DNA of 61,534 bases, filler included. It is 5 parts of 5 records of this genome, joined end to end, with 100 filler letters (N's around TTAATTAATTAA, not from the genome) between each part and the next. Parts side by side here need not be neighbours in the genome. Positions count along the whole stretch, not along the records: positions 30,234 to 38,504 come from DRR723986_5525; positions 38,605 to 44,444 come from DRR723986_5526; 3 more parts are not named here. The stretch is one strand, 5' to 3'. Under the pieces are notes generated by a model. That model was given only the letters and a program-made list of their open reading frames with translations, did not search any database and was not told where the DNA came from. Shown in pieces: positions 30,234 through 39,956 of the stretch. Both the position numbers and the translations under genes were made by a program. Each line of letters opens with the position of its first letter. Within the stretch, counting starts at the first letter, position 1.

Positions 30234-30592
30234 GAGCCCTTAGGGCTGGACCCGGTGGTTTTTGAGTCGATTTTGCTCGAATTCTGCATAACATTCGTCG
30301 CGCTATTCAACATTTTCCGGCACTCATCAAATCCCAGAGCTTTTGGATTCAGGGATTGAATTTGAGGCTGGAGACGCAAGAGATTAGGACTTGGGTTCTC
30401 AGTCCCAAATGCTTGGAGCTGTCAACCCCAGGACTAGCAAAAACAGACAAACAGCCTGAGACCAAAGCGCCACGCAGGTGAAGCGCAGGGCTCAAAGCGC
30501 CACCTGTCTTTTTGGAATGTACGGGAAGAGTCGGCCAGTGCCTCTTGGTCCGCTGTTGCATAGTTAACACTTAACATAACAAGACTTCAGGA

Positions 30593-31762
30593 ATGATGAA
30601 CGCGGCGCCTTTACCTGTCTGGATACACATACAAATAGCATTTGACCGTTTCCCAGTCGTCATGATCCTGGCGGCACTTGCAACTGTACTTGGTGGGCTG
30701 GCCCCGCTCTTGTATGACCCACTTGAATACAACCAGCTGTTTATTAACATCACAGTAGCGGGATTCATCAACTGGGTGCTTGTGTTCCAGATTGCGGTCT
30801 ACGCAAGTTATCGGCCATTTACGCGGCGGGGCTGGCTGATTGCCGCAACGATGCTTCTCCTCTTTGACCTGCTGTTTGTGTTAACACGCGCCGCAATGAC
30901 GACCAACTGGACGATCTTCACTGGGATTGTCATGATTGTTTGCCTTATGGCAGCGACACCGCTGGCCGCTTTCGCCGCCGGTCTCAAGTCCAGGACTTTG
31001 CGCGAGTTTGTGCGCTGTTTAATAAAAAATTTCCTATGGGGAATCGTAAGTAGTGGCGCATTATTCATGTCAATTGCCGGGCTGACGGCTTTGATCGGCA
31101 GAGTGTTTTTTCATTTTCAGTTTGAGTCCGACTACGTGCAATCAATTACAATCCTGAGCCTTGGCTTTGGACTGTCAACAGCGCTGTGTGCAGGTGTTCC
31201 GCCGCTTACACGTCTGCAGTCTGCACACGCACAACCATTGAAGGATACGATTCGGTTTAACAACTTTGTAGTGTTTCCGCTTGCCGTGGCACTTAATCTT
31301 TTCTGTCTGATTGTGTTTATTGCTGTACTGGGAGACCTTGAGTGGCGTGGTGCTGCAGGGCTGGATGACGAGTTTGCTTTTGTGACAATTCTGTATGGTT
31401 TTCCGCTGCTTGTGGGGGCCGCTCTGCTTGTGGTGCATTGGCTGGTGGACAGGCTTTATTCTGCAGATGAGAGCGGAACAGTGCCTGGGCAAATATCACG
31501 TGCGGCACTTGGGTTCAGTGTCCCTGGCGCACTGCTTATTACGGCGCACTACACAATTATTCTGATTGGCGCTCTTGTTAAGTGGCCGGGAAGTCCGGGC
31601 TTTGAAAATGAAAACATTGTATTCCTCGCAACATTTGGTTTTGTGATGTTTACGGCACTTGCGATCGCGCTGCCGGGATTGCGCCGGCGCCGATACGTTG
31701 CCATCCTATTGGGATTCTATATGTATGCGATATTAATGACTTTCGGACCCATCTTCGTTTAA
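30593..31762 (+). CDS. Hypothetical multi-pass membrane protein (DUF4153-like, possibly shortened)
   Basis: About 10 TM segments, N-terminal RFP motif, ends in FGP. Confidence 0.6.
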   Translation: MMNAAPLPVWIHIQIAFDRFPVVMILAALATVLGGLAPLLYDPLEYNQLFINITVAGFINWVLVFQIAVYASYRPFTRRGWLIAATMLLLFDLLFVLTRAAMTTNWTIFTGIVMIVCLMAATPLAAFAAGLKSRTLREFVRCLIKNFLWGIVSSGALFMSIAGLTALIGRVFFHFQFESDYVQSITILSLGFGLSTALCAGVPPLTRLQSAHAQPLKDTIRFNNFVVFPLAVALNLFCLIVFIAVLGDLEWRGAAGLDDEFAFVTILYGFPLLVGAALLVVHWLVDRLYSADESGTVPGQISRAALGFSVPGALLITAHYTIILIGALVKWPGSPGFENENIVFLATFGFVMFTALAIALPGLRRRRYVAILLGFYMYAILMTFGPIFV

Positions 31763-32010
31763 CATGAACTTGTCTGCGCGTACCTTGACGCTCAGATTGC
31801 CACTCCCGCGCTCCTGATTTTGCTCGGTGTTTTGGTGCGCGAACGTATAAACGTCGAACCAGGCGCATCGCTCGGCGATGCGCCGTAGTTAACATTGTAC
31901 GAACTGTGTTTGCTATGGGAGTCAGGCGTATCATGATTTGTTCGAACTGTGCAAGTATTCGTCTGTAGCAAAAGTTTAACAGATTAATTTATATGTGCAC
32001 GGGACTGGGT

Positions 32011-32062
32011 AAAACAAACACGGGGCACAATGCACTTCCTCTCAAGAATGCACTGCGCCCCG
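32011..32062 (-). terminator. Terminator after ABC exporter pair
   Basis: Minus strand cggggcgcagtgcattc...gaagtgcattgtgccccg followed by tgtttgtttt. Confidence 0.7.
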
Positions 32063-32100
32063 CTCTATCCTCAAACTTGCGGCCGTATGTAGCGTTTACA

Positions 32101-33960
32101 TCATACGCCGGCCGGTGCCAGGTTAGCGGGAGCAGCCTCGTCACCGGAGTCGGTTTCTTCGCCGCGTGAACTGCGCAGCTGGCTTGTATACAGATCGTAA
32201 TAATCGCCTTTGCGCCGCATCAGCTCATCGTGGTCGCCGTCTTCAACAATTTTGCCGCGCTTAACAAATAAAATGCGGTCGGCATTGCGAATTGTTGAAA
32301 GTCGGTGCGCTATGATGAAGGTCGTGCGACCATCAATCATCTTTTCAATGCTTTGCTGGATGCGCATCTCCGTATATGCATCAATCGACGAGGTGGCCTC
32401 ATCCATGATGAAAATACGTGGATCAACCAGCACGGCACGCGCAAAGGACATCAACTGTTTTTCGCCGAGCGAAAGTTTATCGCCATTTTCACCGACTTCT
32501 TCGTCGAGGCGATGCACAAAGTCCTCGGCTCCAACAGTTTTGAGTGCATTTATTACGGCAGCGTCGTCAGCATCTGAATTGCCGTAACAGACGTTCTCAC
32601 GAATTGTACCGGAGAAGAGGTGCGGCGTTTGCAGCACCACCCCCAGCTGACGCCGCAGACTCTGCATTTTCATATCGCGTACATCGTGACCGTCAATCGT
32701 GACGGCGCCCTGTTTAACATCGTAGAAGCGTGGAACCAGATTAACGATCGTAGATTTACCGCCACCGGTAGCTCCCACAAGCGCAATTGATTCGCCGGCT
32801 TTAACGTGCAGTGTGACGTCGTCGAGCACGGGTTTGCCTTCCTCATAGTAGAAGGTCACATTCTGCAGCACAACATCGCCGTGGATTGTATCGAACTCAG
32901 CGGCATCGGCTTTGTCCGTAATCATCACGGGTGCGTCGAGCAGCGAGAAGATGCGCTCACCTGCGGAGATGGCTCCCTGCGCAATCGCATAAAAATGCGT
33001 GATATCGTAAATCGGCTCAAAGATGCGCGTTGCGTACGTGAAGAAAAGCACAAGTGTGCCAATCTCCGTCACCGTCAAACCCAGATTCTGTTTACCGCCA
33101 ACGATAATGACCATGGCGGCAACCATTGAACCAATGAAGATTACGAGCGGCATGTACAGCGCCGTATAGAACTGCGACTTGTACGAAGAGCGCCGCATCT
33201 CCATACTCAGGCCGCGGAAGCCCTCACTGGCGCGCTGCTCCTGCGCCGTGCTTTTGTTAACGGCCACACCGTTGATGTGCTCGTTGTAACGCGCCGTAAT
33301 CTCACTGTTAAGTTTACGTGCACGCCGCGAGTAGCGCAGGATCAGCAGTCGAATCTTAACGGATACAAGCAGCAGAATCGGAATCGAGAGTGTTACCATC
33401 AGAGCCAGCTGCCAATCGGCCACAAACATGACGATAAGACAGACGGTGATCATGGTTATACCCCAGACACCTTCCAGAAGGCCCCAGGAAACCACCTCGG
33501 TTACACGGCCGCTGTCGGAAGTAATTCGCGACATGAGCCAGCCTACAGCGGATTTGTCATAAAAGGCAAATTCCAGTTTCTGCAGCTTGTCAAACATGTA
33601 TTTACGCAGGTCAAAGAGAATCGCATTCTCCACGCGGCCTGCCTGTTTAATGAAATAGTGAATGGCTACAACCTGCGCCACGGCCAGTACGGCAAAAATG
33701 GCAACGTACATCCAGACGCGGTCCATTGCCGTGGCTATATCGATTGACTCACCACCGTTTTCAATCATGGGTTTAAGTGCTTCGTTAATCATGGTGGCGT
33801 ACACGAGCGGAAAGGCCGCATCGATAAGCGCCACCACAAAAACTGCGAGAACAAAACCCCAGAATAATGCCGGATATTTAAGTGCGTACGCCAGCATTCG
33901 CTTGAGGAAAGGCCCAACCGACCCTTCCGACGAATACTCGCTGTCCTGCAAACGCGACAT
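32101..33960 (-). CDS. ABC exporter half-transporter (TMD+NBD), subunit B
   Basis: GATGGGKST, LSLGEKQL, IMDEATS, IAHRLST. Confidence 0.95.
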   Translation of the reverse strand: MSRLQDSEYSSEGSVGPFLKRMLAYALKYPALFWGFVLAVFVVALIDAAFPLVYATMINEALKPMIENGGESIDIATAMDRVWMYVAIFAVLAVAQVVAIHYFIKQAGRVENAILFDLRKYMFDKLQKLEFAFYDKSAVGWLMSRITSDSGRVTEVVSWGLLEGVWGITMITVCLIVMFVADWQLALMVTLSIPILLLVSVKIRLLILRYSRRARKLNSEITARYNEHINGVAVNKSTAQEQRASEGFRGLSMEMRRSSYKSQFYTALYMPLVIFIGSMVAAMVIIVGGKQNLGLTVTEIGTLVLFFTYATRIFEPIYDITHFYAIAQGAISAGERIFSLLDAPVMITDKADAAEFDTIHGDVVLQNVTFYYEEGKPVLDDVTLHVKAGESIALVGATGGGKSTIVNLVPRFYDVKQGAVTIDGHDVRDMKMQSLRRQLGVVLQTPHLFSGTIRENVCYGNSDADDAAVINALKTVGAEDFVHRLDEEVGENGDKLSLGEKQLMSFARAVLVDPRIFIMDEATSSIDAYTEMRIQQSIEKMIDGRTTFIIAHRLSTIRNADRILFVKRGKIVEDGDHDELMRRKGDYYDLYTSQLRSSRGEETDSGDEAAPANLAPAGV

Positions 33961-33976
33961 GATTTATACCTTTAGA

Positions 33977-35797
33977 TTAGGATATTTCTGACTCGGTGTT
34001 CATTTGAATGTCATGGATGACTTTGTAGAAGCCATCACGCCGGGACAGTTCCGCATGTGTTCCCTGGTCGGCAATCGTACCTTTGTTAAGCACAAAGATG
34101 CGATCGGCTTCGCGGACGGAAGACAGGCGGTGAGCTATCACGAAGCTCGTTTTATGGCTTGAGCGGCGCTGCAATGCGCGCTGAATGCCAAACTCGGTGT
34201 AAAAGTCAACGGCGGAGGTCGCATCATCCAGCACCAGAACATCTGGTTCGCGCAGGATGGTACGCGCCAGCGTGACGCGCTGTTTTTGACCGCCGGAGAG
34301 TGTTACACCTTTTTCACCAACAACGGTATCATAACCCTCAGGGAAAATGTTAACGATGTCGTGAATGTGGGCATCTTTGGCAGCGCGGATAACATCGTCA
34401 TTACGCGCACCGGGGCGGGCGTAGGCGATGTTTTCACGGATCGTTGTTGAGAACAGGAATGGATCCTGCAGTACAACTCCGATGCGTTCGCGCAGCCACT
34501 CTTTATCGTACTCACGCAGGTTGCGTCCGTCCACCAGAATTTCACCGCTGGTGGGTTCGTGCATGCGTGTTAACAGCGCTATGATGGTTGACTTGCCGGC
34601 GCCGGTAGGTCCCACCAGTCCGATGGTTTCACCCGGCTTAACATGAAAAGTCAGGTTGCGCACCACGTGCTGTTCGGGCGCGTCATCATAGGCAAAACAC
34701 ACGTTGCGGAACTCAATTTCACCTTTGATCTGGCCGTCGGAGCTGCGCTCACCTTCGTAGGTTTCGATGGGTGTTTCCAGGATATTGGAAAGCCGGTCGA
34801 TAGCCACGGTAGCCATACTCATTTGTGAGACGAGGCGCCCCACGCGACGCAGCGGCCAGCTGATCATCCAGGCGTAGGAGTAAAACGCGCTGAATTCACC
34901 GAGGCTGAGCTGACCGTTAATTGTCAGCCAACCGCCAATCAGCAGCGTGAGACTCATCTGGATGAGGATCAACATATCCGATCCGGGCCAGAAGCGCGAG
35001 TGCAGCATTACGTGTTTAATACCGGCGTCACGTGTATTGATGTTCTGTTGTTCAAAGTTGTTAATCTCAGCGTCTTCACGGGCAAAGGCCTTAACAACAC
35101 GGATGCCGGAGAGATTCTCCTGCACCATGGATGAGAGCTTGTCACGCTCTTCCTCGTGTTCTTCCCACACCTGATTTTCCTTTTTGGAAAAGCGATAGGA
35201 CCATAGCGCTATAAAGGGCACCATTACGGCGGCCGCCAGGCCATACCACAGGTGAATGCTGAGCATCATCGCAAAAGCGGCCACAAACATGGCCGAGAGG
35301 CGAATGACGTCGGCCACCTGCGAGAGTATAAACATGCGGACGGTATCCACATCACCTGTACAGCGCTGGATAAGGTCGCCTGTTTTGTTGTGCGCGTGAA
35401 AACTTAGAGGCAGCAATTGTATATGATTAAACAAACGGTCACGTAGACGTTTAATAGCCTTTTCGCTACTGGAGGCCGTAATTGCCGTTGCTCCAAACAT
35501 AAGCGCTCCACGCGTTAGAGCAACAACAACAAATACGAGGCCGAGCCACCAGAGCATCATTTCCAGATTGGATGCATTCGGCGTGGGCAGCAGGCTTTTA
35601 ACAAAAGCCATAACACCATCGCCTTGAACAGTTCCATTAGAGGAAACATTAAACAAAATGACGTCATCAATTGCGATTTCAAGCATGCGCGGTTCGAGCA
35701 TACGCACGCCAATTGAGACGATTAACATACAACCGGCAAGGATGTAGAGCGGCTTGCGGTCGCCAAGAATATCAAATAGTTTACGGATGGTTTCCAT
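33977..35797 (-). CDS. ABC exporter half-transporter (TMD+NBD), subunit A of heterodimer
   Basis: GPTGAGKST, LSGGQKQR, degenerate Walker B LDDATS typical of heterodimeric exporters. Confidence 0.95.
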   Translation of the reverse strand: METIRKLFDILGDRKPLYILAGCMLIVSIGVRMLEPRMLEIAIDDVILFNVSSNGTVQGDGVMAFVKSLLPTPNASNLEMMLWWLGLVFVVVALTRGALMFGATAITASSSEKAIKRLRDRLFNHIQLLPLSFHAHNKTGDLIQRCTGDVDTVRMFILSQVADVIRLSAMFVAAFAMMLSIHLWYGLAAAVMVPFIALWSYRFSKKENQVWEEHEEERDKLSSMVQENLSGIRVVKAFAREDAEINNFEQQNINTRDAGIKHVMLHSRFWPGSDMLILIQMSLTLLIGGWLTINGQLSLGEFSAFYSYAWMISWPLRRVGRLVSQMSMATVAIDRLSNILETPIETYEGERSSDGQIKGEIEFRNVCFAYDDAPEQHVVRNLTFHVKPGETIGLVGPTGAGKSTIIALLTRMHEPTSGEILVDGRNLREYDKEWLRERIGVVLQDPFLFSTTIRENIAYARPGARNDDVIRAAKDAHIHDIVNIFPEGYDTVVGEKGVTLSGGQKQRVTLARTILREPDVLVLDDATSAVDFYTEFGIQRALQRRSSHKTSFVIAHRLSSVREADRIFVLNKGTIADQGTHAELSRRDGFYKVIHDIQMNTESEIS

Positions 35798-36023
35798 TGC
35801 CGTATCCTGAATTCAGTGCAAAAAGTAATCCGGCCTGTTCGGTCAATTCACGTCTTGTAGTTCGCAGTATCAACTGCGAAAGCTGCTCATCAATTCACTC
35901 TGCCGCAACCCGTGTGTGCTTTGGGTTGCCGGCTTTGCGGTCCTGGTGACGGCGGATGATTAACATTTTGTATGGGAGCCGCCCGTCACGTTTCGCTGCA
36001 TCTATTTGCCGTATGGCTAGGGC

Positions 36024-36063
36024 AAAAAAAAACCGCGAACATCAATGATGTCCGCGGTTTTTT
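36024..36063 (-). terminator. Intrinsic terminator in the 5' leader of the ABC operon (attenuator)
   Basis: Minus strand ccgcggacatc-att-gatgttcgcgg followed by T9; G-U pair supports minus orientation. Confidence 0.85.
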
Positions 36064-36087
36064 GTGATTTTCTCAGTAGTGTGTTGC

Positions 36088-36234
36088 CTACTGCAATCGC
36101 CATCGAGACAGGTACCGCGGACCGACACCTTGCCCTACCACGCCCTGGGGCGCAGAAAAACTATCAACACGCACGTCACGAGACGCGGGCTGTAGCTCTT
36201 TGGCTGCGAGGTATTGTAGGTTGCGGTTGTTCAT
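36088..36234 (-). CDS. Putative 48-aa leader peptide (uORF)
   Basis: ATG after GAGAGAG; MNNRNLQYLAAK...GPRYLSRWRLQ*; stops about 25 nt before terminator; contains antiterminator sequence. Confidence 0.55.
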   Translation of the reverse strand: MNNRNLQYLAAKELQPASRDVRVDSFSAPQGVVGQGVGPRYLSRWRLQ

Positions 36235-36683
36235 TGTACCGGCTCTCTCAAGTGAGAAAAGTATTATCGCGAACGATTTACTCTGATGGACGGGCGCACT
36301 TAACAGTCGTGCTCGATTTTGATTTGACAAATATATCGAAATGACAAGTTGTGCAAAATGAATATTTTTTCACATGTGTAAAAACAAGGTCGCTGGGTTC
36401 GTGCAACATGTTAATATCATTGCGTTTAGACTATTTGTGCATTAAATAAAAAACTAAACATTTTCTGAAAAATACTTTTGGATATGCGCTAAATGACTGA
36501 ATGAGTTTCTGAATTCACATAAGAACTGTACGGATTCGCACATTACAATCAGCAATCTGAACAGTTTTGCAGCGCCGGTTGCAGCTATGCAGTATGTTGC
36601 TACCTGATATTGGTTTGCATTCCACTACGTACTCACATGTAAACCGTTAAGTAGCAGTAAACCATAGCACACGGGTATGCATT

Positions 36684-38183
36684 ATGCTCAAACATGTTTT
36701 GTTAAGTATGCTGATTGTTCTTTTGTGTAACGCATGTTCAGGCACTGATCCAGTGGCAGAGCCTGATAAAGAGGAAGCGCGTGGCGCCGAAAATCGCGCC
36801 TATTTCTGGGGTGAAGTTTCGCTGGAAGCCACGGCGCGCGATACCGAGCGCTTTAACCCGCGCCCAACGGTTACCTCGCGCTACCTGGGATTGATCTGGA
36901 CGGCAGTGTTTGACGCATGGTCGCGCTACGACGCCGCCGCCGCACCGTTTTATCTGGCTGAAGGCGTGGAGCGCCGGCCCGAATCCGAGCGGACGGTGAG
37001 CAACAAGGAAATTGCTATCAGCTACGCGGCTTACGGCACCTTAAAGGAATACTACTACAGCGATGCCGAATATTTTGAGAGTTCAATGCGCCGGCTGGGC
37101 CTGGACCCAATGAATACTACGCTGGACCCAACTACACCAGAGGGCATCGGCAATCTGGCTGCCAAATCGGTGATTGATGCGCGGCGCAGCGACGGCTCCA
37201 ATCAATATGGTGATCATCCAGATGCCGCTGAGCCCTACGGCGATTACACGGGATATGCGCCGGTTAACCCCGTGGATACGCTCAACGACCTCAACCGCTG
37301 GCAGCCCAAGTACTTTGCCGACGGCAAGGGCGGGCGGTTTGTGCCGGGCTGCCTGACGCCATATTGGGACAAGGTTACACCGGTCGTCCTCAAGTCGGCA
37401 GATCAGTTCAGGCCGGGCCCACCACCAATGGTCGGCTCCGACCAGCTGGCAGCCGAAGTGCGCGAAGTTGTTGAACTGCAAGCCACGCTGACCGATGAAC
37501 AGCGCGCCCTGGTAGAGTTTATGCGCGACGGCCCACAGTCCGTGCAGCAGGCGGGCCACTGGCTCAAGTTTGCGCAGGATGTTTCACGGCGCGACAGCAC
37601 GACGTTGGACGAGGATGTGATCATGTATATTAATGTGCAGCTGACGGCTATGGATGGATTTATCGCCTGCTGGGACTCCAAGATGTTCTATGACTATGCG
37701 CGGCCGTATGCACTGGTGCACGACTATTATCAGGATCAGTTGATTGAAGGCTGGGCCGGACCGGATGGCGGCTGGAAAAAAATTCATGGTCAGGAATGGC
37801 GGCCGTATTCGCCGGAAACCTTCCTGTGCCCTCCTTTCCCAGCCTATGTCTCCGGCCACAGCACAATTTCGGGCGGCTGCGGTGAAGTCCTGAAACTGGT
37901 AACGGGCGCAGACCACTTTGGCGAGTCGGTGGATCTGGTTCCGGGCATTATGACCGAACCCAACAACCTGGGTGAAACGGTGACGCTGCACTTCCCAACT
38001 TTCACGGAGACAGCTGACATGGCGGGAATCTCACGTGTGCTGGGCGGCTACCACATCCAGGCCGATAATATTGAGGGTCTGGAGTTGGGAAGGCGCATCG
38101 CACGGTATGTGTACGCGCAGGTGCAACAGCATCTTAAAGGCAATCGCGTAGCGGGTGCGGCGCGGGTGGCCAAGAAGTCGTGA
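36684..38183 (+). CDS. Vanadium-dependent haloperoxidase (PAP2 superfamily), probable lipoprotein
   Basis: WDSK...YARP, PPFPAYVSGHS, SRVLGGYH..AD; N-terminal hydrophobic signal ending in NAC. Confidence 0.88.
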   Translation: MLKHVLLSMLIVLLCNACSGTDPVAEPDKEEARGAENRAYFWGEVSLEATARDTERFNPRPTVTSRYLGLIWTAVFDAWSRYDAAAAPFYLAEGVERRPESERTVSNKEIAISYAAYGTLKEYYYSDAEYFESSMRRLGLDPMNTTLDPTTPEGIGNLAAKSVIDARRSDGSNQYGDHPDAAEPYGDYTGYAPVNPVDTLNDLNRWQPKYFADGKGGRFVPGCLTPYWDKVTPVVLKSADQFRPGPPPMVGSDQLAAEVREVVELQATLTDEQRALVEFMRDGPQSVQQAGHWLKFAQDVSRRDSTTLDEDVIMYINVQLTAMDGFIACWDSKMFYDYARPYALVHDYYQDQLIEGWAGPDGGWKKIHGQEWRPYSPETFLCPPFPAYVSGHSTISGGCGEVLKLVTGADHFGESVDLVPGIMTEPNNLGETVTLHFPTFTETADMAGISRVLGGYHIQADNIEGLELGRRIARYVYAQVQQHLKGNRVAGAARVAKKS

Positions 38184-38285
38184 TAAGACGCAGAACTTGC
38201 AGTTCGCGCTCCTGACCGTCCTTCCTGATTGAGCACAGCTTCCTGTTTAGCTGTTGGGTATGAACGCAAATTTCAGCGAGCACAC

Positions 38286-38322
38286 AAGAAGCTCCGCCCC
38301 GCTTTGCAGGGTGGAGTTCTTT
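38286..38322 (+). terminator. Terminator after haloperoxidase
   Basis: aagaagctccgccc...gggtggagttcttt. Confidence 0.65.
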
Positions 38323-38504
38323 GGTTTTAGAGCTGAGGGTGTCAGCACAGTCTGCCGGTCCTACCGCTCGGGCCGTACACTTGTCCGCTGAATGTTTCTG
38401 GCTTGCATTGAATGCCAGGATTGCGCCAGTTTATGGATGGGGGATGGTTCTAACCCTAAGACTTCGGACTCCGTTCATGGGCTCGCAAGACGAACGTTCA
38501 AGCA

Positions 38505-38604
38505 NNNNNNNNNNNNNNNNNNNNNNNNNNNNNNNNNNNNNNNNNNNNTTAATTAATTAANNNNNNNNNNNNNNNNNNNNNNNNNNNNNNNNNNNNNNNN
38601 NNNN
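38505..38604. other. Artificial contig join
   Basis: N-run plus TTAATTAATTAA. Confidence 0.99.
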
Positions 38605-38731
38605 AGTTGCGGCAGAAACCGGCGAGGTTCATCATGTCGATGTTCTGCACATCGGTGCGGTCCTGCATCAGATGTTGCTGCAACCGGCGAAAGGCGGCGG
38701 CTTCAATTTCGAGCTTGGTTTGGTCGTCCAT
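38605..38731 (-). CDS. DUF1244 family protein (3' truncated)
   Basis: EIEAAAFRRL..HL...RTDVQNIDMMNLAGFCRN. Confidence 0.9.
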
Positions 38732-38745
38732 GACGGCTCCTAACT

Positions 38746-39087
38746 TCAGAGAATGCGTTTGGCGTAAGTGTCGCGTGCCATATCGCGCGGGTCAACGGTG
38801 AGCTGGCCAACCTGCGGCAGTTGTGCGTCCAAGACCGTTAGCATGTCCTGCGCCAAGGCTGCTTTGGTCGGGGTGTCGCGCCCGGTCAGCAGTTTGATCG
38901 TCAGATGGGCAAAGCTGTGGACCTTGCCCGCCATCCGTTGCTGGGCGCAGGGCAGGGCGCGCATTTTGATCGCTGCGGGATCTGGAAATTCGGGGTGACC
39001 GCTGGCGGCGGCAAAGAGCGCATCAAGCGCGTCAGAGATCTGATCGGCTGGAATGTCTGGTGAATGTTCGAGAATGAAATGAGGCAT
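38746..39087 (-). CDS. 5-carboxymethyl-2-hydroxymuconate isomerase / tautomerase family
   Basis: N-terminal MPHFILEHS (catalytic Pro-1), IKMRA, LLTGR. Confidence 0.85.
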   Translation of the reverse strand: MPHFILEHSPDIPADQISDALDALFAAASGHPEFPDPAAIKMRALPCAQQRMAGKVHSFAHLTIKLLTGRDTPTKAALAQDMLTVLDAQLPQVGQLTVDPRDMARDTYAKRIL

Positions 39088-39097
39088 CTGTGATTCC

Positions 39098-39835
39098 TTA
39101 TAAACCGGTGGCATCAAGGACTTCGGTCAGCATCGGGGCAAGCCGGTTGGCCCAATGGCTTTGTCCATCAGAATCCGAGATCAGATCATTGCGCAGCTCG
39201 ATCAGGACATTTGGCCGCCCGTGTTGCAGCGCATGGCGGTCCACTGCATCACCGGGCAAATGCCCTGAGTAGGGTTCGTTGTCGCCCACGGTCAGGTCCG
39301 CCTCTTGACGAAGCCGATCCAGAAACGGATGTGCCAGCCGCGTGTCGCGGGCATAAAGGACGCCGATTTCCCAAGGGCGTGGCGGACGCCCGCGCAGCTG
39401 CGGGGTAAAGCTGTGCAAGGACAGGATCACCGTTCCGGGCCGCGCGGCAAGGCGGGTCAGGGCATCGTGATAGGGGCGGTAACACAGATCCAGCCGCCGT
39501 TCCCGTTCGGCCAGATCCGCGTGACGGTTGGCGGGAATGATCGTGCCGTCATAGAGCTTCATCAACAAGGTTGGGTCGTCTTCACCGCGGTTCGGATCAA
39601 TCACCAAACGCGAGAAGTTGGACATGATCACAGGCGCATTCAGCAGTTTGCCAAGCGCCTTGCCAACCCCGGCGGTGCCCGGATCAAAGGCGATGTGGCG
39701 CGCCATATCCGCTGGATCAAGCCCCAGAGATCCACCGTTGATTTGAGGCGGCACAGTGTTGGCCGCATGGTCACAGGTGATCAGCCAGCGGGCGGCTCTG
39801 TCCTCTCCCTCGATGTGAAAAGGTTGATAGGTCAT
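39098..39835 (-). CDS. N-formylglutamate amidohydrolase
   Basis: TCDHA, RHIAFDPG, SRLVIDPNR, HSFTP, GDNEPY, IELRNDLI. Confidence 0.93.
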   Translation of the reverse strand: MTYQPFHIEGEDRAARWLITCDHAANTVPPQINGGSLGLDPADMARHIAFDPGTAGVGKALGKLLNAPVIMSNFSRLVIDPNRGEDDPTLLMKLYDGTIIPANRHADLAERERRLDLCYRPYHDALTRLAARPGTVILSLHSFTPQLRGRPPRPWEIGVLYARDTRLAHPFLDRLRQEADLTVGDNEPYSGHLPGDAVDRHALQHGRPNVLIELRNDLISDSDGQSHWANRLAPMLTEVLDATGL

Positions 39836-39956
39836 ATTTGTGAAACCTTTGACTTGCATGACGGCATTCTATAAGCGCCTAAGCGACGTATTGTTATCGC
39901 TAACGAGCTTTCTTTCTGTTGGCGGGCCTGCCAACCAACCAACGAGGACGCACCAT

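Noticed and set aside
30416-30436. Weak inverted similarity (15/21) to 38328-38348, suggesting IS ends near both ends of contig 2
   Set aside because: Too degenerate; no transposase or target duplication visible
30463-30503. Direct repeat CAAAGCGCCAC twice, 30 bp apart
   Set aside because: Only two short copies; not enough to call an array or operator
38324-38348. GTTTTAGAGCT resembling the start of a type II-A CRISPR repeat
   Set aside because: Single occurrence, similarity stops after 11 nt, no spacers and no cas genes
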